Shown: positions 24,395-33,647 of the stretch, piece after piece | Layout: every line of letters begins with the position of its first letter | Position numbering within the stretch: position 1 is the stretch's first letter | Source of the DNA: Deinococcales bacterium | GTDB lineage: Bacteria > Deinococcota > Deinococci > Deinococcales > JAAFIG01 | NCBI GenBank assembly: GCA_043730305.1 | Contig: JAYTKL010000400.1 | Coordinates: forward strand, 1 to 37,407 | Direction of reading: 5' to 3' | DNA length: 37,407 nucleotides | Position numbers and translations under genes: made by a program | The notes under the pieces: generated by a model | Seen by the model: the letters and a program-made list of their open reading frames with translations, nothing else | Databases searched by the model: none | What the model was told of the DNA's origin: nothing

Positions 24395-27300
24395 ATGACT
24401 CGAATCATCGTTTGTCTTGCATTTCTCAGTCTAGCCCTAACTGCCTGCCAGCAAGCACAGAATGGCAGTGACTCGAAGCCAAATCGCATACTGGGTCGTG
24501 TTGAACTGAGGATTGACAATCAAAGCGATGCTAGGGCAAATCGCCCAGCCGCGATTGTCGTATCTCGAGCGTCAACTCGAGGTCTTCCTGACAATTCAGT
24601 GGTTATTTCTCGCACTGCCAACGGCACTTTTGACAGCACCGATGGCTTTCGCTATATGTTTGGTGTGTTTGATGTCACAAATTCTACTGAACAGCCTTTT
24701 CAGAACTTAACCCTACATGCGTTCGTTGAGGCATCCCAAAGTCTTGGTCAAACTGCCTTCAAAACACTGAACAATTTTGGAGGTACTCCAATCACCAACA
24801 CCCAAATCGCTCATAACGTGCAGCCTACACATGGCATGACAATGAACGGCATAGAGATTCAAGTTGATCCAAACAGAGCTGACTTGCAAGCAGTCTTATC
24901 CAGTGAAAGTCAAGCGGTTGAGAACGCGGCTCGAGCAGGTGGGACAATCCAAGCAAACGATCATGTTCTTCAATATGCTTTTGTCGTTCGCAACAAGAAC
25001 GGTGGACGAATCCTCGCACCACACCAAACGGGTACAGTGACCATTGCCGTAAAATTGCCAAAAGTGGTTGACGACCAGCTTAACCCGACAACAATGGTTT
25101 TCACCGCCGTACTCGAAGATCAAAGTGTGACTCGAGTGACCCGCAGTCCAGAAGAAACAACGGCGCAAGCGGAAGCGAGAGCCATCTCCATTGGGGCTTC
25201 TGAAGTTGCCTTGATTGGCTCAGATACCGATACGGTCAGTCCTCCACGCACGACTGTTCGACTGCTTGACCTTGAAACGGCAGCCACACCGCTTTGTCTG
25301 CTGGCTCGCACCCCAAATTCAATCAGTGGTTTGACCGTCAGCACCCCACAAACCAGCCTTTTGAGTGGAGAAAGCGTAACGATCAGCGCAAACGTTGACG
25401 GTGGGATTGCCTGCAATTCTGGTCTTCACTGGGAGGTGGTCGGAGAGGGAACACTCTCACAAACCAGTGGTGGAACAACCGTCTATACCGCCCCTATCGT
25501 TACGAGCACTCGGAGCGCCCAGGTGGTCGCAGAATCAACGGCTGACTTTAGACACACGGTCTGGAACAGAATTGACATCAAGCCGCGCCCAATTACAGTC
25601 CTTGCCTTGCCATCAACCATCGAAATTTCTGGTGGACAATCCATCAACCTGAGCGCCACAGCGATTGATGCGGTAAATCCCAATTTGATTTGGCAACTGG
25701 TAACAGGCTCTGGAGTCCTGACACCCAACGATGCCACTGGCGCGAGCGCACAATTCACTGCCCCTGATGTCAGTGCCAACACCACCATGACCGTACAAGT
25801 CACCTCGGAGCAAGACCCCACGAAGACCGCTTTGGTCACGATTGGCGTTAAAGCCAAGACCAGCATCACGGGCATCACCCTGCAAGCGCCAAGTGTAATA
25901 GACGGTGACGATAACGTCTCCATCTCGGCAACCTTGACTGGCACTGGTCCATTCAATTCAAACGCCGTTTTCTCGAGTCCAATCGGTACTTTTAACACCA
26001 ACCTTGCGCCCAACGGTCAAGCTGTTCGCTGGCAAGCCCCCGATGTTGCCTCCGATCAGTACGTCACCATTACCGCAGTCTCTCAACAAGATCCAAGCAA
26101 AACCAAAAGCTTTGCCGTCTTTGTTCGTGCTCAACCGCAGATTCTCGAGCTTTCCGCCGAAACCTTTGGGGGCAACGCCAACGGTGTACGGGTGCGGTCA
26201 TTTGTGAGGCATTATGACAACCGTCAATTGCGCTGCAACTTCCGAGACGAACAAGGACTGACTTGGAAAGAACAAGATTGCGATGGTGGAACCGTTTTTG
26301 AGATTAGCTCGATGTATGACCCAAACAAAAAATTTGTCCTTGGCAGTCAATACAAAATGCACGTGACCGTGTTTGTCCCTGGTGGTGCAAACATCGAACG
26401 CAACCTCTTGTTTATTCCTGGGGCAGCCCAAAAAACGTTTGGCACAAATGCAGACTGGCCACCAAACACGCCACGCATCCTCAGTGTTCGCCCATCCACT
26501 TTTGACAACAGCACCGCCGTTCGTTTCCAACTCTCGGTGTCCGTGCCACCTGGCTATTCTTCGGTGGTTTGTCGAATCCTGGACGATTCCAACGGTGTGC
26601 AAGTTGGTCCGAGCTTCCCAACAACATTTGGTACGACCCAAGACATCAGCTTTCCACGCATGGGCGGGTTTATTGTCAAAGTCATCTGCGAAATTCCAGG
26701 CGGTGCAGGCGATTTTGTCAAGAGCGCCTTTGTGGTCGGCGAGGACGGCGGCGGCACACCCCGTTTGCGCCTGACCGCACCCAGCCCAGTCAAACGCAAC
26801 GAGACCTACAATTACACCTACTCCGTCGGCATACCGGCTGGCGTCAGTGTTGTTGGCAATTGCACCCTGGATGTTGACTCCAAAAACGGGGCTGAATACA
26901 CCAACATCAACCCCAATGGCACAACTTGGTCTCACACTTGGTCGTCGGTGCAACCATTGGGAGATTACACCAGCAAACTGAGTTGTCCACTCTCAGATGG
27001 TCGCACAGCCTCGGCATCAACGGTGGTAACGCTTGTGGATGGTGCTGGGTCTGGCGGCGGTACACCAAGTTCAAATAAAGCACCAATTATCTCGAGCTTC
27101 ACCGCCACGCCCTCGAGTGGCACAGCTCCCATAACAGTAAACCTTGCTTGGACAGTCCGTGACCCTGATAATGATGCCTTGACTTGCATCTTAGACGCGA
27201 ACGGTGACGGCATACCCGATCAAACAATCAATAACTGCACGACAGGATCGTTTTCCCAAACATTTTCGAGTAACGGAACGTACAACGCAAAGTTGCAAGT

Positions 27301-28090
27301 GGTGGACGGGCGAGGTGGAGTGGCGAATGGAACTCGAGTGCTGGGTTTTGGTCTAACCTCAGGAAATCATGCACCAACAGTGGTTTTGTTTGATCCATAT
27401 CCTCGAACAACTACTGCTCCACGTAATGTTGACCTATATGTCAACACGCGATTTTCTGTAAGTGTATATGATGCTGATTCAGCAGATCAAGATTCATTGA
27501 GGTGTGAGATTTCGACCGGAGTGTCAAATTGGTCAGTACCTTGTGCGGCACTTCAGACACGGTCTTTCTTGTATGGATATAGGGTTCTCAGAAACGGTAC
27601 TGATTTATCTTTACCTGTTTCGCTCACAGTCACTGATCAACATGGTGCATCAGTTACAACGCCAAATATTTACTTGAATTATTATCACAATGATTCTGTT
27701 ACTTTCCAACCTGTCGCAGATGCAGTCGAGTGTTTTGCTACAACAATAACAATTTCTGCAATCAAAACTGTATGGGCAGTACCATCTGCAATTGTGACAC
27801 TTATGGAAGGGCTACCAGAATTCTGGGAATATAAGAATCTAACGGACATAAATTTATCTAACTCAACTGAGGAATTATCCGCTGCAACAGAATTAATTCA
27901 GGAGGCAGTAAAAGCGTATAACAGTGGAAAACCTCTAGAAGATCAATTACGCTTAGGATTTCTTACGAAATTTGCAGCATCCAAGATTGGTAAGGGTGTC
28001 GCAAATATATTTAAATACGGAGGACTGGCAGTTGAAACAGCATCTGCGGTGCCAGATTTTGCAAGTTGCCTTGCTCGTAAGGGTATTTGA
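24395..28090 (+). CDS. Large multidomain lipoprotein: unknown N-domain shared with 811..2352, Ig-like repeats, PKD domain(s), compositionally distinct C-terminal module
   Basis: The lipobox is MTRIIVCLAFLSLALTAC. GGGGAA precedes the ATG. There are three Ig-like units (...SGG.SI.LSAT...W.LV.G.G.L......A.FTAPDV......V.VTS..DP.K...V.I.V). The PKD-like segment is APIISSFTATPSSGTAPITVNLAWTVRDPDNDALTC...GTYNAKLQVVDGRGG. The last ~230 codons are AT-rich. Confidence 0.85.
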   Translation: MTRIIVCLAFLSLALTACQQAQNGSDSKPNRILGRVELRIDNQSDARANRPAAIVVSRASTRGLPDNSVVISRTANGTFDSTDGFRYMFGVFDVTNSTEQPFQNLTLHAFVEASQSLGQTAFKTLNNFGGTPITNTQIAHNVQPTHGMTMNGIEIQVDPNRADLQAVLSSESQAVENAARAGGTIQANDHVLQYAFVVRNKNGGRILAPHQTGTVTIAVKLPKVVDDQLNPTTMVFTAVLEDQSVTRVTRSPEETTAQAEARAISIGASEVALIGSDTDTVSPPRTTVRLLDLETAATPLCLLARTPNSISGLTVSTPQTSLLSGESVTISANVDGGIACNSGLHWEVVGEGTLSQTSGGTTVYTAPIVTSTRSAQVVAESTADFRHTVWNRIDIKPRPITVLALPSTIEISGGQSINLSATAIDAVNPNLIWQLVTGSGVLTPNDATGASAQFTAPDVSANTTMTVQVTSEQDPTKTALVTIGVKAKTSITGITLQAPSVIDGDDNVSISATLTGTGPFNSNAVFSSPIGTFNTNLAPNGQAVRWQAPDVASDQYVTITAVSQQDPSKTKSFAVFVRAQPQILELSAETFGGNANGVRVRSFVRHYDNRQLRCNFRDEQGLTWKEQDCDGGTVFEISSMYDPNKKFVLGSQYKMHVTVFVPGGANIERNLLFIPGAAQKTFGTNADWPPNTPRILSVRPSTFDNSTAVRFQLSVSVPPGYSSVVCRILDDSNGVQVGPSFPTTFGTTQDISFPRMGGFIVKVICEIPGGAGDFVKSAFVVGEDGGGTPRLRLTAPSPVKRNETYNYTYSVGIPAGVSVVGNCTLDVDSKNGAEYTNINPNGTTWSHTWSSVQPLGDYTSKLSCPLSDGRTASASTVVTLVDGAGSGGGTPSSNKAPIISSFTATPSSGTAPITVNLAWTVRDPDNDALTCILDANGDGIPDQTINNCTTGSFSQTFSSNGTYNAKLQVVDGRGGVANGTRVLGFGLTSGNHAPTVVLFDPYPRTTTAPRNVDLYVNTRFSVSVYDADSADQDSLRCEISTGVSNWSVPCAALQTRSFLYGYRVLRNGTDLSLPVSLTVTDQHGASVTTPNIYLNYYHNDSVTFQPVADAVECFATTITISAIKTVWAVPSAIVTLMEGLPEFWEYKNLTDINLSNSTEELSAATELIQEAVKAYNSGKPLEDQLRLGFLTKFAASKIGKGVANIFKYGGLAVETASAVPDFASCLARKGI

Positions 28091-28298
28091 ATTTATGGGT
28101 GATCTCAGAAACGCGAATTTTCAATTTAATCCGTTCTGTATACCAAAATCTTCAATAAGCAAAGTCCAAATCTTAGCTCAAATCACTCAAATTTTATGAG
28201 CACAAGCCTTCTCTTATTTCACTCGGACGTTAGAGCCTGGTAAGCACCCGATCTAACTTCTTTCCAATTGATAAACACCCAGAAAAAACCAATTTCAG

Positions 28299-28342
28299 GT
28301 TTTGAATCTCGAGATTTAAAACAAAATCTCGAGATTCAAAAC
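28299..28342. repeat. 44-bp imperfect palindrome (19-bp stem, 6-nt loop) carrying two AATCTCGAGATT cores; REP-like element or bidirectional terminator
   Basis: The sequence is GTTTTGAATCTCGAGATTT-AAAACA-AAATCTCGAGATTCAAAAC, between convergent genes. Related half-elements (GTT.TGAATCTCGAG / CTCGAGATTAAAAC) occur at 2463..2477 and 23711..23724. Confidence 0.5.
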
Positions 28343-28410
28343 AGCATAAGTCAAACTCGAGTGTGAAGCACAGAGGAAATCAATTTGAAAAATCGAAAAG
28401 AATGAACCTT

Positions 28411-28431
28411 GAAGACAGCAAATCTGTCTTC
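28411..28431 (-). terminator. Hairpin GAAGACAG-CAAAT-CTGTCTTC downstream of the LysR gene
   Basis: The 8-bp stem lies 18 nt after the LysR stop on the minus strand. It is followed by AAGGTTCATTCTTTTCGATTTTTC, which is T-rich but not an immediate T run. Confidence 0.35.
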
Positions 28432-28448
28432 AATCTCTCGAGCCACTT

Positions 28449-29345
28449 TTAATCCAGTGGTTTCCAGTCGCGCAAAGCTCGGACAAAGGCTTTGACGGCT
28501 GGCGTGACCGACTTGGCTCGAGGGGTCATGACACCCAAACGACGCTTAAGCGGGTTAGGCAGTGAAAAACTGGTCACGCCTCTGGGCAGTGGATGTACGG
28601 CAAGGGCTGGCATGATGCTAAAGCCCAAACCGTGATTGACCATTGAAACGATCACGCTGTCGTTGCCAACTGTAAACGCTGACTCGAGTTCGTGTCCAAC
28701 AGCTTTCAAATGGGTTTCAATTCTGATGCCACAGGAACTCTGGCAGTGGATATACGGCTTGGTCTGAATCTCCGCCCAGTCTGGCGCAAGCCTGCGCCCA
28801 TCATCTTTCCAGAGCAGCACGTACTCGTCTTGGGCAATTTCCCACTCGAGAATTTCTGAGGGCGCAGGTGCTCCAAGCGTGACCAGACCAATGTCCGCAA
28901 CGCCTTCCAGCAATTTTGTCGGGATAAGATCGTCTTCGCTGTCAAAGTCGAGCACTTCAAATTGCACGCCAGGGTGAATCAAGCCAAATTGCCCAATCAC
29001 GCCAGGTAAAACGTGCGAACCCAGACTTTGAATCGTGGCAATTTTCAGCATGACTTTCAAACCGTCCCGCTCGAGTTGTGCCTCTTGCTCAAGGGCTTCG
29101 ATGGCACTCAAAGCAGTTCTGGCGTGTTCGAGGATTTTTGTTCCAAACAATGTGGGTTTCGCGCCTTGGCGTCCTCGTTCGAGAACCCGTTTTCCAAGAG
29201 TATGCTCGAGTTCGACAATGGCGTGTGACAGCGTGGATTGTGATTGATTGAGTTCCAGGGCAGCCTCGGAATAACTGCCCGTTTCGCAGATTTTTAAGAG
29301 TGTCCTGAGTTGTGAAAGGGTGACTCGAGCATCGCTTAAAATCAT
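28449..29345 (-). CDS. LysR-family transcriptional regulator
   Basis: The N-terminal HTH is LSQLRTLLKICETGSYSEAALELNQSQSTLSHAIVELEHTLGKRVLER, followed by a substrate-binding-type C-terminal domain. I prefer the ATG at 29345; the ORF extends to a GTG at 29366. It is divergent from the copper-related genes. Confidence 0.85.
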   Translation of the reverse strand: MILSDARVTLSQLRTLLKICETGSYSEAALELNQSQSTLSHAIVELEHTLGKRVLERGRQGAKPTLFGTKILEHARTALSAIEALEQEAQLERDGLKVMLKIATIQSLGSHVLPGVIGQFGLIHPGVQFEVLDFDSEDDLIPTKLLEGVADIGLVTLGAPAPSEILEWEIAQDEYVLLWKDDGRRLAPDWAEIQTKPYIHCQSSCGIRIETHLKAVGHELESAFTVGNDSVIVSMVNHGLGFSIMPALAVHPLPRGVTSFSLPNPLKRRLGVMTPRAKSVTPAVKAFVRALRDWKPLD

Positions 29346-29478
29346 GGTTTCATCATTAAACACCAACTTTGAAACTTCTATCGAATTCTTGCATACATGC
29401 TGCCTTCCACCGCCCGAAAATCAATTGTTGTTATTGACACTCGAGCCTAAACTTTATTCAAGAAAGCGAGGCAGGAAA

Positions 29479-29703
29479 ATGATCGCAATACAAAACGTCT
29501 ATCTCGAGGTGGTTGGTGAGGCAAACGAGGCAGCCTTCAAAAATGTTTTTGGAAACCTTGAAGCTCGAGTTTTACCCTATGCCAGACTTGGAGATTTTAC
29601 CTTGCAGGTTTCGATTTGTGCCGATGCCATCAAGCAACTGGTATTTAAAGATGTGAAAATGCAACTCGAGAAACTTGGCTTTACGGTGCTCGGGGCGCAT
29701 TAG
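29479..29703 (+). CDS. Small hypothetical protein (74 aa)
   Basis: ATG at 29479 is preceded by GAGGCAGG. The protein begins MIAIQNVYLEVVGEANEAAFKNVFGNLEARVL.... I recognise no motif. The longer ORF from 29320 overlaps the LysR start and was not used. Confidence 0.4.
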   Translation: MIAIQNVYLEVVGEANEAAFKNVFGNLEARVLPYARLGDFTLQVSICADAIKQLVFKDVKMQLEKLGFTVLGAH

Positions 29704-29748
29704 CCTAAAAATTCATCTGTTCTCAGTTTTGGCACGTACACTGTTTCA

Positions 29749-30138
29749 GTGAAGTTCCGCCGCCGTCATTTGCGTCAACTCGAGCGTTTTACTCGCGCTC
29801 GAGTTGTGCCTTTGATGTTGGCGGTGCTTGTTGCATGGTTGGGCACAAATGCGTTTCTCGAGTCGGCTGCAATGCAAGTCATGCACCATCACACATGCGT
29901 TGAACTCTTAACAAAAGCAGACTCAAAAAACTCGAGCGAGACAAATCAATTCCATGAACACTGCCAGTTTTGTTTTGCACCTGCGCTAGCTTCTGGCGTT
30001 CCAAATAAGTTCCGCATCTCGCGTTTGACAGTCACTGAAATCCTGAAACTCGAGCCTCGTTTTCAGGTTGTTTTCAATCGTTTCGACCATGAGCTTGCCG
30101 CTCCTCGAGCGCCACCAGTTCAAACTTTTTCGGTTTGA
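29749..30138 (+). CDS. Membrane-anchored His/Cys-rich protein, DUF2946-like (putative metal handling)
   Basis: It has one predicted TM segment (VVPLMLAVLVAWLGTNAFL). It then carries MHHHTC and HEHCQFCF, the H...C..C signature I associate with DUF2946 proteins found next to copper genes. It starts at a GTG. Confidence 0.4.
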   Translation: MKFRRRHLRQLERFTRARVVPLMLAVLVAWLGTNAFLESAAMQVMHHHTCVELLTKADSKNSSETNQFHEHCQFCFAPALASGVPNKFRISRLTVTEILKLEPRFQVVFNRFDHELAAPRAPPVQTFSV

Positions 30139-30194
30139 AATTTGGTTTTTGGCGTTCTGTCTCGAGTGTTACTCGAGGTCTTTTGAGGAGTGTT

Positions 30195-30635
30195 ATGAAA
30201 AAAAGTGTTTTGATGATCCTGAGTATCAGCTTGGTTTTTGTTGGTATTGCATTCGCGCATTCCAAAGTTAAAAAATCCACTCCCAAAGAAGGCGAGATTG
30301 TGAAAATCATGCCCAAAACCGTCAAGCTCGAGTTTAATGAGGGGCTGGTGACCCAATTCAGCACGTTTAAAGTCTACAAAATGACCACAAAATCTAAAGA
30401 CAGTGAAAAACTCGAGGCTGAAGCTGAGGCGCTGGCTTCAAGACTGACCATGAAAAAAGGTGATGAAAACGCTCGAGCCGACACTGGTTTTAAAGGCGCG
30501 GCGGCAGAAACCACCAAAGTCACGGTGAGCCTGAAAACAGGCTTAAAACCTGGCGTTTACGTGGTGATGTGGCGCTTGCTCGGCACGGACACGCACGCGG
30601 TTTCGGACAATTTGTGGTTTCAATATAAACCCTGA
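30195..30635 (+). CDS. copC: CopC-family periplasmic copper-binding protein
   Basis: ATG at 30195 is preceded by GAGGAG. The signal peptide MKKSVLMILSISLVFVGIAFA is followed by a mature N-terminus HSKVKKSTPKEGE (N-terminal His, S.P..G pattern). The C-terminus is GVYVVMWRLLGTDTHAVSD. Confidence 0.75.
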   Translation: MKKSVLMILSISLVFVGIAFAHSKVKKSTPKEGEIVKIMPKTVKLEFNEGLVTQFSTFKVYKMTTKSKDSEKLEAEAEALASRLTMKKGDENARADTGFKGAAAETTKVTVSLKTGLKPGVYVVMWRLLGTDTHAVSDNLWFQYKP

Positions 30636-30666
30636 GACATTTCTGAAACTTTAACCTTATGCTGAA

Positions 30667-31881
30667 TTGGACACGATGAACAACGATTATCTGCCACTGG
30701 TCTTCCGCCTCGCCTTTTTTGTCGGGGCGGTCTGTCTGATTGGCTCAAGCAGCTATCAACGTTATCTCTCCCCTGCTGCGCCCTCGAGATTGATGCGCAT
30801 TGTGCATCATGCTGGTGCGGTGTTGCTGATTGCCGCCAGTTTGCTCGAAGTTGGCGTGACTGCTTACAGGGCGCTATTGGAGTTAAATCCGTATTTGTAC
30901 GGCGCGTACATGACCACCTCGAGACACGGACGGGCAACCTTGGCGCGGGTGGCGATGGCGGCGGCGTTGTGGTGGGTGGGTTTGGTCGCGCAAAAAGAAT
31001 GGTTTGAATTTGGCAAGTTGAACGGCAAGTTGCTCGATCAAATTGCTCATGGTTTGTTGTGTGTCGCAATTTTGGTCACGATCAGTTTCACCTCTCATGC
31101 GGGCGCTCGAGCCGAGGTGCTGCCGATTTTTGCCGATGTGATTCATTTGGCTGCCATGACCGCCTGGGTCAGTGCGGTGGCGTTCACCGCTTTTAACTTG
31201 CTTCCCAAAGCGCCACAAGACACCCTGACTTTACTCGAGCGCGTCTCGAGCGTTGGGCTTGGCACGGTGATTGCGCTGACCTTGACTGGGCTTTACACGG
31301 GTTTGATTCGTTTGTGGGACCCAGAATTGCTGGTCGAAACCCAGTACGGGCAGGCGTTGGTGTTCAAACTGGCAGTGGTTGCCGTGATCGTTGCTTTGGC
31401 GGCAATCAACCGTTTTGTCATGATGCCTCAAATGAAAGCCAAGCCTAATAATTCTAACTTCACAAGATTCTGGGGCATTTTAAGGCTCGAGACGGCATTG
31501 CTGGGATTTGTCATGCTTGCCTCGAGCAATTTGTCCACGATTTCACCACCCGAACGCGGCGTGCAACTTGCCGCAACCCAAAGTTTTAATCAACGCATTG
31601 CACCTTGGACACTGAAAGGCACCGCCACACCAACCGTCATTGGCGGGGTCAAGCTCGAGTTTGAAATCCTTGGCGATAAGGGTTTTCAACTTTCACCAGA
31701 TGCCAGAATTGATGCCTCGCTCGAGTCCACCAGCCACACCATGACCCCAGATGTCATGAAGGTTGAGCGATCAAGCGACGGGGAATACCATACAAAAGGC
31801 ATTTTTGGCATGACTGGGACGCATTTGGTGATTCTCAAATGGTCCGGAGCTAAAGCCGAAATCAGACTCGAAGCAAAATAA
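30667..31881 (+). CDS. copD: CopD-family copper-resistance membrane protein with a C-terminal soluble beta-rich domain (YtkA/FixH-like)
   Basis: It has about 8 hydrophobic segments and lies immediately downstream of copC. The last ~110 aa are hydrophilic. The start may be the ATG at 30676 instead of the TTG at 30667. Confidence 0.7.
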   Translation: MDTMNNDYLPLVFRLAFFVGAVCLIGSSSYQRYLSPAAPSRLMRIVHHAGAVLLIAASLLEVGVTAYRALLELNPYLYGAYMTTSRHGRATLARVAMAAALWWVGLVAQKEWFEFGKLNGKLLDQIAHGLLCVAILVTISFTSHAGARAEVLPIFADVIHLAAMTAWVSAVAFTAFNLLPKAPQDTLTLLERVSSVGLGTVIALTLTGLYTGLIRLWDPELLVETQYGQALVFKLAVVAVIVALAAINRFVMMPQMKAKPNNSNFTRFWGILRLETALLGFVMLASSNLSTISPPERGVQLAATQSFNQRIAPWTLKGTATPTVIGGVKLEFEILGDKGFQLSPDARIDASLESTSHTMTPDVMKVERSSDGEYHTKGIFGMTGTHLVILKWSGAKAEIRLEAK

Positions 31882-31903
31882 ACTCGAGCCAACAGGAGTT
31901 TTT

Positions 31904-32710
31904 ATGCGTGTACACCCATTTGTTTTTCTTTGTGCGATTGCTGCTTTCAGTGTTTTGATTGCCACACCTGTCTCGGGGCAGCAGGGCGTCAATTTGACTG
32001 TCTTTGCCACCTCGAGTTTGACCGATTCTTTTAGCGAAATCGGCAAGGCGTTCGATATCAAAACGGGCAGCAAAACCAACTTTCAATTTGCAGGGTCGCA
32101 GATCTTGCGCACCCAACTCGAGAATGGCGCGAAAGCCGACGTGTATGCCAGCGCCAACAGCGCCCAGTTTGATCCGCTCATCAAAGCTGGTTTGATCGCT
32201 GGCGGTGTCGCTTTTACCAAAAACCGTTTGGTGGTGATCGTGCCAAAAAAGGGCAAGGGGAATGTCAAAACGCTGTCTGACCTTGCCAAACCTGGCGTCA
32301 AGCTGGTGATTGCCGACAAAACAGTTCCTGTTGGAGCGTACAGCCGTCAAATCCTCGAGACCCTTGGAAAATCAGATCAATTTGGTGCAGATTACACCGC
32401 TCGAGTTCTCAAAAACGTCGTCTCCGAAGAAACCAACGTCCGTCAGGTGGCGTTAAAAGTTCAATTGGGCGAGGCAGATGCGGGCATGGTCTACACCACC
32501 GATGTCACCCCAAACCTCGCCCCCAACGTGATTCAAATTGCCATACCGACACGGTACAACGTGATCGCCAAATATTTGATTGGCGTCTTGAAAAACTCGA
32601 GCAACCCAGACGCTGCGAGAGCATTCACCGATTTTGTGCTCTCAAAAGACGGGCAAAAGATTCTGGGCAAATGGGGGTTTTTGTCGATCAGCAAAAGCAA
32701 ACTCCCCTAA
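31904..32710 (+). CDS. modA: Molybdate ABC transporter substrate-binding protein
   Basis: AGGAG precedes the ATG and there is a signal peptide. LTVFATSSLTDSFSEIGKAF...FQFAGSQILRTQLENGAKADVYASAN...VPVGAYSRQIL...EADAGMVYTTD matches the ModA pattern. Confidence 0.8.
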   Translation: MRVHPFVFLCAIAAFSVLIATPVSGQQGVNLTVFATSSLTDSFSEIGKAFDIKTGSKTNFQFAGSQILRTQLENGAKADVYASANSAQFDPLIKAGLIAGGVAFTKNRLVVIVPKKGKGNVKTLSDLAKPGVKLVIADKTVPVGAYSRQILETLGKSDQFGADYTARVLKNVVSEETNVRQVALKVQLGEADAGMVYTTDVTPNLAPNVIQIAIPTRYNVIAKYLIGVLKNSSNPDAARAFTDFVLSKDGQKILGKWGFLSISKSKLP

Positions 32711-32774
32711 ATCCCGCAATTGCTTTCAGACCTCGCGCTTGAAGCTCGGGCAATCAATGGCATGATAAGAGCGC

Positions 32775-33584
32775 GTGAGTTCCAAGAAGCCAAAACCATC
32801 CGTCTCCAATCCGCTGCCAGTGCTGCCCATCGTGGCAAGCCTGGTGCTGATCGCTTTCTTGTTGTTACCAACCTTGGTGGTGCTCGAGCGCGGCGTGGGT
32901 GCGGGGTTTGCTGGGGCGTGGCTGAATCCAGTCGTGCTCGAGGCGTTGCGCGTCAGTTTGGTGACGACGGCTATCACGTTGAGTTTGACCGTGGTGTTTG
33001 GTACGCCGGTGGCGTATTTGCTGGCACGTTACCGCTTTGTTGGTCACACCCTGCTCGATACGCTGCTTGACCTGCCAATCGTCTTGCCGCCCGTGGTGGC
33101 TGGCGTGGGTTTGCTGCTGACCTTTGGGCGTCAAGGTTTACTGGGTGCACCACTCGAGATGGCAGGCATCTCGTTGGCGTTCAGCCCTGCCGCCGTGGTC
33201 ATGGCACAACTTTTTGCCAGCGCACCATTCTTTATTCGGGCGGCGAAGGCTGGGTTTATGGCGGTAGACCGTGACATTGAAGACGCGGCACGCATCGACG
33301 GCGCTTCCAACCTTCAAGTTTTTAGGTTTATCACCTGGAAGCTGTCTTTTGCCTTTTTGCTCGAGGGTCTGGTGCTGACCTGGGCAAGGGCTTTGGGCGA
33401 GTTTGGCGCGACCATCTTGTTTGCAGGATCACTCATCGGCAGCACCCGCACGATCACCCTTTCGATTTATGCGGCACTCGAGAGTGATTTGAATCCCGCC
33501 CTGGTCTTGTCGGCGGTGATGGTCTTTGTGGCTTTTGGCTTGTTGTTTGTGGTGCGGGTGCTGACCAAAAATCGCAACCTTTAA
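32775..33584 (+). CDS. modB: Molybdate ABC transporter permease
   Basis: It has multiple TM segments. LLTFGRQGLLG and the EAA-loop-like IEDAARIDGASNLQVFRFITWKL are typical of ModB/CysT-type permeases. No ATPase gene follows. Confidence 0.8.
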   Translation: MSSKKPKPSVSNPLPVLPIVASLVLIAFLLLPTLVVLERGVGAGFAGAWLNPVVLEALRVSLVTTAITLSLTVVFGTPVAYLLARYRFVGHTLLDTLLDLPIVLPPVVAGVGLLLTFGRQGLLGAPLEMAGISLAFSPAAVVMAQLFASAPFFIRAAKAGFMAVDRDIEDAARIDGASNLQVFRFITWKLSFAFLLEGLVLTWARALGEFGATILFAGSLIGSTRTITLSIYAALESDLNPALVLSAVMVFVAFGLLFVVRVLTKNRNL

Positions 33585-33593
33585 ACGCTTGAA

Positions 33594-33646
33594 GCGGTAA
33601 CTCATCACGCTCGAGGCAGTAACCCATCACGCTCGAGGCAGTAATC
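33594..33646. repeat. 2.4 copies of a 22-bp tandem repeat (GCRGTAACYCATCACGCTCGAG)
   Basis: The copies are 33594..33615, 33616..33637 and a partial copy at 33638..33646. They lie in the gap between the convergent modB and 33648..34022 genes, and each full copy carries a CTCGAG. Confidence 0.8.
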
Positions 33647-33647
33647 T

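Noticed and set aside
28363-28452. 29-aa ORF (GTG start, MKHRGNQFEKSKRMNLEDSKSVFNLSSHF) downstream of the second CTCGAGATTCAAAAC motif, by analogy with the leaderless ATL promoter.
   Set aside because: The -10 match is poor. The ORF overlaps the LysR terminator hairpin and the LysR stop codon. Nothing supports coding potential.
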